Position numbers and translations under genes: made by a program
Shown here: piece by piece, positions 14,123-24,455 of the stretch
Numbering within the stretch: the first letter of the stretch is position 1
Layout of the letters: each line of letters starts with the position of its first letter
Source of the DNA: Balanoglossus misakiensis
Taxonomy: Eukaryota; Animalia; Hemichordata
Assembly (NCBI GenBank): GCA_040954595.2
Contig: CM082576.2
Span: forward strand, 668,648 to 732,647
Direction of reading: 5' to 3'
Length of the DNA stretch: 64,000 bases
Notes under the pieces: generated by a model
Told to the model about the DNA's origin: nothing
Database searches by the model: none
What the model saw: the letters and a program-made list of their open reading frames with translations, nothing else

Positions 14123-14712
14123 TTTTCTTTAAAACTGAATTCAGTGCTAGATAAAATTGACGATAAGTTGATATCAGAAGGAAAACACATGAACCAAAAT
14201 GGCCGCGCTGTATTTGTAATGAATATGGCACGATTTATTTAAAAGCGGGGATCAGACTAAGATATAGAGTGTTACTGCAGACACGACTAGGTGTTTTTAT
14301 AAAGTTAATGTTATTGGAAAATGTTGCTAATTATTTTCCCTGAAACGCTATGAACAAAAACTTTCCTGAAATTTATCTTGTAACGTTTAGTGTAGTTATG
14401 GAGACGGGGAACAACCCATTTTATAAAATATGGAATGACCCAAAATTTCTCGACCAGGGCGAGAAAACTCGAGATTCCTCCTTAATTTTCTTAGGTCATG
14501 ACCCCAACCCGTGGCGTTAATTTGCGGTGAAATTGTTTTTAGGGTATGTTACTTTGATGTAAAGTATTTGCTGAATTGTTATTTGATCGTTTGACTATAT
14601 GTTATAATCATTATTCATGAAGTATTTGGAAATATGATCACAAAAAATCGTGCAAACATTCTGTTTTCTAGGGAGTCATAAGCTTCAGTCATAAGCTTCG
14701 TTTAGTCAAAAC
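14123..14712. promoter_or_regulatory. Putative bidirectional promoter shared by XRN2 and the HEAT-repeat gene
   Basis: Divergent ATGs 590 bp apart, locally CpG-retaining sequence, a YY1-like AAAATGGCCGC at ~14197, and a 13 bp direct repeat AGTCATAAGCTTC x2 at ~14674-14699. Confidence 0.65.
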
Positions 14713-17700
14713 ATGGCGACACGTGAAGTAGTGGAGCTGTTGACTAGCTGTACAAAATTGGAAAGAGATCGGGGACTGGTGGAACTACAAAGACAAATTA
14801 ACGATGCAAAGGAAGGCGACATATCATCCATCGAGATGGCCCTAACAAGCCTTCTCCAGGACTCGGCTGCTAAATGGGAACAGAGGCAAGGGGCGCTCTT
14901 GGGTTCCAAGCTGATTGTGGCCAACGAAGACAGTTCGGAGGAGTTTGCCATCACAGTTCGCCTGCACGCGCTCCATTTGTTAAATGACAGTGAAGCCAGA
15001 GTAAGATTAGCTGCTGGTAAGTTCCATCAACCCACTACATCCATCTGTGTGTTTTTAAGCATCGAAAGTCGTTGGCCAATGGCATGTGATTGAGTTTTGT
15101 TGAGGATAACCTTCTCCAATCTCCATGAGCAGATGACTGATGAGTCAGCCATACTTTTGGACTCTGTGACCTCAAAGGCTCAAATGCCATTTGCCAAGTT
15201 CATGCACCATTGTGCGACTGTTGTTCTGATGCAGTTTGTTTCTTGTCGTTGATGTAAATTTACACACAATCAAACACACCCACATGTATACATACATTAC
15301 AATGTACATCCTAAGGGATAATCTTTGTGATAATTGGAGGTTTTTCCGGGTGTTTTAATGGTACAATAGACGGAGACATATCTGAAAAACGTTGTGATCA
15401 TGTGGTATCCAGTTTCTTAATGTAAATTGATTGGTACCCTGCCTCACTCAGTGACAAGCACAAAGAGGCAGATAATGGCAAAGGGTGGAATCTGATTGGC
15501 TAATATAAATGAGCATTCTCATTGGTCACTATTACTTCCTGGCTAGACTCAGGCTTTCCTGTTTATAAACAATCAGTTTATGGAACAAAAGCTAAAATCA
15601 ATACAACTGCTGACGCAATTGTACATAAATTTATTTGTACTTTCAAATATTATTCAACTGAAAATATGGTTTTATTTAAATTTCTTTCAAAGGTGAAGTC
15701 ATGGGAGCTCTGTGTAGGAGAAGTGGTCCTGAAATTTACCTGTCATCCAAAGATATCATTCTAGAAGGTGTTCAGAGCAATCTAGACAGACACCCGATCT
15801 CAGAGTCAAGCCATGAAGAACAAAAACAAGCTGAAGCTCTGATAGAGAAGCTGTCAAGTTCTCCAGGAAAGGCAAGTATAGAGAAATACAGAAATAGGTT
15901 GAGTAATTGAATTGGTATTGCGATATATTATAGCCCTAATACGTGTATTTTTGTAAATGGCAAAAACTCAACAGAATATGCTTCAAATAAAATTTGGTAC
16001 TTCCTCCCTTCATATACAAAATGTAATTTGATGAAAAATATGTACTCAGCATTAGTCAAACATCATATAACCTGAAGTGAAGTCATTAACGTGATGACAG
16101 ATATTGCATTGCATCTGAAAGTGTTGATACTATCCTAGCAACCGTAGCAAGAAAGTCAACTGTGTGGCTTTTGTAAACATCAAAATGTCAAGATGGTAAA
16201 TGTGAATACAAAATGTGATTTGCCTGCTGCGAATTTCACAAATACAGGTTAAATCTTCATATCAGTTATATGGGGATCCTTTCCCATCATTCATACGTTC
16301 ATATTGTTTGTCAAATGTGATGCCAGTGTGTTAATTTGAGAAGATAATGGTGGTTGTGGATTGGTTGAACAGAAATACAAATTAGTGTAGTGTAATCCAG
16401 TTGCATAAAAGAGTCTGATGTTCACTGTCAGCATACAGATCATCATATTGCATCATGGGTAAGCACAGTAACTCCTGAATACAGACTGGGGTTGTGAAGG
16501 ATGAAAGGCTACTGCCCTCACAGACAAGTCAAACATTTCCAAAGTCATGTTAAACGCAAAAAATGATATACTATACAGATATTTTAAATACAAACAGGAA
16601 TTGAAAACAGGCATTTTTGTTATAGGAATCGCTCACAGATGCAGCAACAATATTCCATGATACAGCTGGATGGAAGAATTTAGAAACTTGGATGAAGTGA
16701 GTATTCCATATGTTTGATGGTATCTTTTGACGGATCAGATATGTGTCTTGCCATTGTGTAATTTCCCTAATCCAGTAACATCCTCTTGAAGTTGTATCTG
16801 TATCTATCTGATGTGTGTTTTCTCTTATGTTGTTGACTAAAGGTGTCTGCAGTGTGTGATTGAAGGTTGTGGCATACACTTCACGGAGCATGTGACTCAA
16901 GATCTGGTGGATCTTGTTTTCCAAACCCTGACACACACCAACAGATTTGTCAGGGAGACTGGATTTCAAGTGTGTGCGGCACTTGTCAGCTGTGGTTTAC
17001 AAGAAGGTAAGTATGGGAGGGGAGTGGCTATGGTTAGTGTCTTTGCTTCATGTTTGGTGAGCATTCAGAAGTTCCTGTGGTAACTTTGACTTGTTCTGCA
17101 CAGAATCAAATTGTACGGTGCTATTATTTTCATGAATGTTGGGTATGAAGATCAATTTAGCCAAAACGTGCCGTAGTTTAGTCAAATCTACTCATTGTAT
17201 ACACACATTGTTACTACTGCCTCTGTGTGTGTTTATCAGATTCAAGCTGCCTGAGAACAGACTCTGGTCCTGATAAATATCTCTTGTCAAATGTCACATG
17301 ATATAACTAGACTGTAGACATTATATTTTGTTTGTTTGTATGTTTGTTTGCTTGCTTTTACTTTCTCCTCTTATTTTCCTGCTGAAGCTTATGTTCTGTT
17401 TACATTTAGATTTTGATTTTACAAGTGACCTATGGTGTAAGTGTCCAGATATTTTGTGAAATGTGTACAATTGGCTCAGTAGCTATTGCACCTACATGTA
17501 GTTTAGCTGTGTTTTCATTTGTGATTACATTTTGCGAAGTGCTTCACTGTGTGTACCTAGAAATTAATTTTGTGTTGATTTCATGTAAAGGCTGTTGCTG
17601 GGCTTATAAACATTTGGGGTAATTTCAGTTTGTACCGGTAATTCGTGTTTTAGTCCTAATTTTCACATTATGGTGCCTATCTCAAGTGTTATTCACCAAA

Positions 17701-20700
17701 TGGCAAAGTTGTGCTGTGTTTGTTCGCTGTCCAAGCTGTGTTGCTGCTGTCATTTGTCTGTAGTTACCCACACTGTTAAACACTTCAGACAGAATCTTGC
17801 ACTTGTGATCTGTATCTCAGATCTGAATCATGAGAATTGAAATGCCTAGTCCTTTTGGATGCACAGCTTGTATATGCATGTTGTATTCATTGTTATTGTT
17901 TCAAAATTAATTGAAAGTTCAGAGGAGATAAATCCATTTTGACAACCTATCAAATCACATATTTTCTAGAAAATATCTTTAAAAGTAAACAATATTTGTT
18001 TATTAAATGTCAACAGAAAGTATTAATAATAATATCCCTTCATATTCATCTCCACATAAGGTCAATCTTTCAGATAATGTCATAAAACTGTATTACTACC
18101 TTCCTTGGGCAACCAGCCAAAATAAACTATGCAGTTCCACTGTTCTCTGAATGATGTGTGCTTGATTGCTGTACGCAATGCTGACAATGATTAGCTCTAT
18201 ACTTCTATTGATTAAAAATAGTTGAAATAATTTTCTTTAAATTCATGTGTGAAAAGCTGAAACCTTTAGGATGCATAATCATCAGAGGAAATGTATTTGT
18301 AACAGAGCAGCATGAATTGTGTCAAATTTGGCCGGTTTGCCGACTGTGATAGCATTTTATACCTCATTGATGATGTCCATTAGACTCTGCAGATGATGAG
18401 GTGGAACCCATGGAGAGTGAAAGTATGGCTCTAGCATTTGGAGATGATAATCCCATCATGCATTATGGACAACATTTTGCTCAACATTTAGCCAATGGAC
18501 TCTCTGACAACTGGAGTCAGGTGAGATTTTACAGCATTTATAATTATACAAACAAAAAAGCAATGTATATGTTCAATTTTACATTGATACATTTGATTAA
18601 TATTCACATCAATTGCAGTTTGTTCCTTATTAAATTTTGTCTGTATCCATGTGTAGGTGAGATTAGCAGCTTCTGTTGCAACAAGACAGTTTGTTCTCAA
18701 TCTGCCCAATGAGGAAGCCAGACGGAAATTTTTCCCAGCGCTTATTCCAAGGATGTGCCTTAACAGGTATGATGTGAATTTGCTCAACTATTTCGAATTT
18801 AATATTGCAGCTTCAATTCATCTTGATTCAGTTTGTTCTGTAACTAGTAGATGTCATTATAAATTATCCGTTTTTTTCAGTGTGTGGCTGCTGCCTTTAT
18901 GTAACTGCTGTCAGAATAGAAAACATAGAATCCACTGACAATTCATGAAATTGATGTGTAGAGTGATTGTTTTGCCAGGTATTATGTAGCTGAAGGTGTA
19001 AGAATCTACTCCCAGGAAACCTGGAAACGAGTAACTGGAAGTAGAGGCAAGGAAGTTGTGGAAATGTATATCAAAGACACAGTAAGTCTGTCTTATGTCT
19101 CTATTTCTGTATGTGCTTTTGCCCTCTCTGTGCTCCCTCCCTCCCTCATGCCCTACAATAACAGATCTTTTATAAACCGGACATCTCTGTAAGATTAAGT
19201 GTACTCAGTTTCTTTGATGGCCAATTTTGACACTATACTATACACATTAATTACATACAGTACCTTCATTCTCCAATGGAACCAGCTATGACAAATGGCG
19301 TGGGACCAATGATGACAGGTTCTATATAAATTGACATGGCATGACTGTTACATTTGATTTTTAGCTTTAAAAAGTGTAAAACTATGTTGTGTTTTTTTTC
19401 CTCCACATACACAGGTTGAGTACTACGTAGCACAGACAATGGCTGATAATCATGCAGTTCGGGAAGCTGCATGTGCCTGCATTGCTGAATTGGGCTCAAA
19501 GGTAGAAGAAGAGTTATTTTGTTTCATTTAGATTTTCCCTGAAAAAGATCTCTCATGGATGTGTGTTTACAGGAAGTTGCATATCAACAAGCATCACTTT
19601 CAGGTTTCAACGTACAATAGTACTGTTATATGTGAGAGATTATCCATACGCGTTATTTTTTTAGATCATATGAAAGTTATGTAGACAGGAGTTGTGTACA
19701 TGTAATCTTTCACCACATGGCACAATAGTATGGAGGGGGCTTCAACATTATATTAAGTGTAAATAGATTGGTGATTGTTAGACACTGTACATGCATTCTA
19801 CTATAATAAACCCAAACATCTATTTGCTGTCCACAGATCAACAGAGATTGCGTCCGCCCATATGTACTTATGTTACTGCAGGCTTTGTTGGAATGTTTTA
19901 AAGATGACAGTTGGCCAGTCAGAGATGCTGCATGTGTTGCTTGTGGTAACTTTGTCCTCTGTTTTCCAGACGAATCAAAGTAAGTCATAAACTTTCTGTG
20001 TCTATTGTTGTAGCCATTACAAATCTATTCTCTCTCCCGTTGCATAGTTAGTGTTAGTCAACAAATTGCTCAGTGGATTGATTTAATGTATTTTTATATG
20101 TTTATATGTTAGAAGCAGCATGGAAGCCTTGTATCCACTGTTCTTTGGTAATCTTCAAGACAACATTCCGTCTGTCAGGCACGGTGCAGCTATTGCACTG
20201 TCCAATGTAGCCAAGGCCTATGGTAAGACATGTCTTCGACTTTCTACGCTATTCATCTTACAAAATAACTAAGCACTTTTGAAAGCAGATTTCTGTTTCA
20301 TTGCATCTCTTGATAATTCAGTGGGATTTGACTCTGTTCATGCATAATTTATTTTGTGTTTAAAATTGCAGGTCCAGAAGCATTTGATGTTCTATTTCCT
20401 AAAATAAAAGAGGGCATTTTGGATTTAGATAAACAACCACAGACAACTGAGAAATACAGCAGTATGGACAAAGGTGTTGCTACTTTCGGTGTTGTCAAAC
20501 GACTACGTGATAATGACCTGGAACTTCATACAGACAGACAGGTAGGGGTTAGACTTCTGATGGATGTTACAGTTTACTGTCAATGTAGGGTGTGAACAGT
20601 GGCTCACTAAATTAATGAGCATGATTGGACCATGTACAGGGAATTGAATTAGAAGGGAATATGGCAATGTAGTTAACGCATTAGACAGTTGAGATTAGTT

Positions 20701-22501
20701 GTACTATTGATAGGTAACAAAATTATTAGTTATTTAACTGCTTTGTATATTCACGTTATCTACAAAAGCACATTTCAGTTGACATTTACCCCCCCCCCCC
20801 CCCCCCCCCCCCCTTACAAAACAGATGTATTCCTGCGGGTCACTGGCACCAAAGATGGGTCGTGGTGGTGGTTGCATGGATCATAAATTCCGGAAACCAC
20901 CAGAGCCATGGGAGATGTGTGATGGGTAGGTGTTTGTATCTTGCTAATTAGAGATGAAGTTATCTGTCAGCATGAAATCAGACCACTGTAATGGTATAAT
21001 TTCCAAAGGATAAAAAAATATTATCTCTATATAAAAAGATTAATAATTCATCTTGTTCTGTAGTTGCACAGTTCTTCTGACAGAATTGTCTGGAATACAA
21101 CAACAACTTGCATCTCAGATTTCCAACTTCCTGCCCCTGATCGCAGACGCAGCCAGAAAGAATCATTACACAGAACATGTTCATTACCTTGAAACCGTCT
21201 GCAAACAGGTGGGTGGATTCAATTCCTTGGAAAAAACTAACGACAAAATTGAAGTTTTCAAGAATGTATTTTACTATTCAAAGATGGATAACTCAATGCA
21301 CTAGATACTGGCTATGCATCGGATGGCCCCAGTGGCCTGGTTGGTCAATTGATGACCATGTGACCATATCACATGACTGTCAGGTGACTGTGATGCTTGG
21401 CTTCAAACAGTGCTACAGTAAAGTAAAAGGCAACAGTCAGTGAGAGATTTTAGGCTCCTGTCAGAAAGTCTACTGTCAGGGGTTATTACCTCATCACACA
21501 TTAACAGCAGTAACTGCCCTTGTGTTTGAGTGTGTGTGACAGTGTGTATGTGAACAATACGATAATGGAAAAAATTTCACTGGCGTCTTAACAAAGTGTT
21601 GCATGAGTATGCTCTCTGGAAAAAATAGGTCTTACGACTTAAACACTTGTCAGTGAGTGCTTGATGCTGATACTTGTGTGTCTATATATTATTTATAGCA
21701 CTCTTCGCCTCATGCCCATTGTTCAAACCATTCAGACAAATAATCTGCCAATCAATTTAAGATATTAACTAAGGTATTTTTTTTCTCAGTTGCCAGTCTT
21801 GGCCAAGAACATTGGCAAGAGATTTTTCAAACCACACATGGAATTATTCTTTGATCCTGTCTTTTACAGTCTGGTAAGTTCCTAATATTTTTGGAGTAAC
21901 TGTGTTACTTTTATTTTGGTGACAGACAGAGGCTTGACATTGTCTTTTACATGCTGCAGAATTGGCAAAAATTATAAACATTTTTTTAAAATGTATGGAA
22001 ATGGTTGATAGGCCGAACTTGGAATTGGAATTGACCATGGAAGAAATGAAAAATTGAAATACATTTCCATGTGTATTTGTGTGCACTGCAATTGTATGAC
22101 TTCTTCAATATCTGGTGTCCAAAAAACTCCAACCTCTGTGTTATTCTGTGCTTCTACAAATCCGTAGAGCAACACACAATCTGTGACCATATCTGACATG
22201 AATGCAATTGTTTGTCTGCCTTACAGTCCTGTGACAATGCTCTAACAAGCAGTGCAGCTAGTCAGTGTCTCAATCAACTCAGTCAGTTCTTAGGACCAAG
22301 CATATTACGTGGCAGAGTTGAACAGTATAACCCAAGGTGAGAATCTCAACTTTTACTTTGTCATTTTTTTTATCTCTTCATGCTTAATTTAGGGATTGTA
22401 TTCGTGGATTTTTAAGCGTAATACTTATTCCCTTGTTATGGTTTCCTTTTGACAGTTACCTCGAAAAACTGGAAGCCAACCAATTCATTGCAGCTTTTTG
22501 A
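14713..22501 (+). CDS. Uncharacterised HEAT/armadillo-type alpha-solenoid repeat protein, ~684 aa, complete
   Basis: Exons 14713-15016, 15693-15871 (GC donor), 16626-16696, 16843-17006, 18393 (or 18384)-18520, 18657-18766, 18979-19081, 19415-19501, 19837-19979, 20113-20222, 20372-20541, 20825-20925, 21064-21208, 21790-21873, 22227-22336, 22456-22501 (TGA) join into one open frame. Repeated HEAT-like motifs: LLQDSAAKWEQR, LLNDSEARVRLAA, LTHTNRFVRETG, GLSDNWSQVRLAA, ADNHAVREAAC, FKDDSWPVRDAAC, LQDNIPSVRHGA. Confidence 0.9.
20789..20813 (+). repeat. Poly-C25 tract
   Basis: 25 consecutive C ending 11 nt upstream of the exon starting at 20825. Confidence 0.95.
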
Positions 22502-23361
22502 GTCAGCAGATAGAATGAAGACCTGGCTAAATGATGAAGATGTGATTGATGTAACCAAGGCAACCGAGAAATGAAACGGAAACAAATGACAGGACTCGCC
22601 CACCCACAGTGATTACGTCCTTCCATTGAAATGTCAACAATCTCAGCTCAGTCTGTTTTGTCAAGATGTCTATTGACATATTGAATGACAAGCCAACAGT
22701 TCTATCTACTGCTTGCGCAGTGTCTTGTTCAGTTGGAAATGTCTCAGGATATTTGTACCCTGAATGATCAGTTGTCAATGTGACATTATGGCAAATAGTT
22801 CAGAGTTTCTTCTGTTACCTGGTTAATAATATGTGCACAAGTGAAGTATTCAACTAAAAATTGCTTGATTTGGATGGAAAAAAAACTTATTATCGATATA
22901 CAATTGTACACTTTGAAATTGACACTGTTTTCAATTATGCATATTCTGAAACGTAATAACATAGGCAGGTGATCAAAAGTTCTGTAAACTCATGCTTGTT
23001 TTAAACCCCACTACAAAATCCATTGTTTTTCTTGTGTGCAGTGTACAAGGACTCTCGTAGAAAGTGGTATGACGAAAACAGTATATAGAATACTAGAGTT
23101 CCTCTGGTATCAGTGCTGTTTCTGTGTGGTTTGGTAGGTGATAGTCATCTTAAAAAATCCCATAACAAAACAATAAACCCATGTGATACCTCAAGAAATA
23201 TCAGCAGTACAAGGTAGAGGTTTTAAAAGGCAAGTGTAAAGAGCAGTTCTGTGACCTTTTCATAGCTGAACAGAAAAGAAACAGTTCTGAAAATAATCTG
23301 TAACTGCTATTCTAGTCTAAATGGTTTCCATGAGAACATGTAACTCTGTCCCTGTGTATTT

Positions 23362-23367
23362 AATAAA
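23362..23367 (+). terminator. Candidate polyadenylation signal of the HEAT-repeat gene
   Basis: AATAAA ~860 nt after the stop codon. An alternative AATAAA lies at 23172-23177. Confidence 0.4.
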
Positions 23368-23801
23368 GTTTTAAAGAAATGAAATTGCATGTATGAGTGC
23401 ACTTACTGTCAGGTTAATCATTCTTAAAAATTATTCATTGTTCTTGGAATCTCCAGTGATTTTGAGATTTCTGCAATATATTGTTGTACATATTTGTGCA
23501 TTTTAATTTTGTTTTTGTATATACCAGTATTCTGAATTCAACATAGTTGTCAATCACTCCACAACCTGGCCAGTCTGTGACCCAGTTACATTAGTGGTAG
23601 TCCCATACATATGGACTGAACACATGGCCAACACATTCATACTTCACAAAACCTGACTGGATTAGCAAGTAGTGCCTCAAGGGAACTTTAACATCTACTT
23701 AGGGAGGTCCTGCTATCAACTTGTTATATTACCTCCAATTTATCCATCAATATATCCAAGGGATTGTGATTATTCATCCAAGCTCTGCTATGATCAATTT
23801 A

Positions 23802-23908
23802 CCTGGGGAGTCCTACCACCGTCAATGTAGCTGGGGAGTCCTACCATTGGCAAGTTTGCTGGGGAGTTTACCACTAGCAATGTAGCTAGGGAGTCCTACC
23901 ATCATGTA
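23802..23908 (+). repeat. Minisatellite, four ~28 bp units
   Basis: Units ctggggagtcctaccaccgtcaatgtag / ctggggagtcctaccattggcaagtttg / ctggggagtttaccactagcaatgtag / ctagggagtcctaccatcatgtag. Confidence 0.85.
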
Positions 23909-24249
23909 GCCAACATAACAAATTGAAATTTTATTTTTACTTTGTTGATTTCTCTATATTGTTCTAAAGAGGTTTCCGTAATGTTTGTGTTTTAACTGTA
24001 GGAAGTTTTGAGGTACAACAAACAGTACTTATAAAAAAATTGAGATCATTCATAGATTTTAGCAAAACAGTATTCATGTGATACATGTAATAACGAAGTA
24101 TGCATATGTCCAACAATAATAATAAAGTGATTGTTGTTAGTCTGGTATGTGCCTGGGTACCTTTTTGGCTCATGATATAAATCAGTTAATTCCATGTACT
24201 CTCTTGTAATAAATGTTGTTGATTATTAAAAGAATAGTATAGTCTGTAA

Positions 24250-24455
24250 TTTTTAGGTCCCATTGGTTTATACCATGGGACCTTATGGGATCGGTTGTGT
24301 CTGTATGTATATATGGATGTATGGATGGATGTATGTCTGTGTATGTCCGTCCGTCCACATCAAAAACTTGAAAACCGCTGCGTGTATCACCTTGATATTT
24401 GGTGTGCTGATGCAGGCTGAGCTGTAGATAGGAGTTTGCTCAAATGAAGCTGTTT
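24250..24455 (+). mobile_element. Left arm of a non-autonomous Helentron/DINE-1-like (HINE) element that hosts the satellite
   Basis: T-run flank, then the hairpin AGGTCCCAT(T)GGT-ttat-ACCATGGGACCT (24255-24283), a partial third copy ATGGGATC, a compound GTCT/GTAT/GGAT/GTCC microsatellite (24296-24356), and a ~100 bp core leading into the tandem array. This order matches the known DINE-1/HINE architecture. The right end is not clearly intact. Confidence 0.7.
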
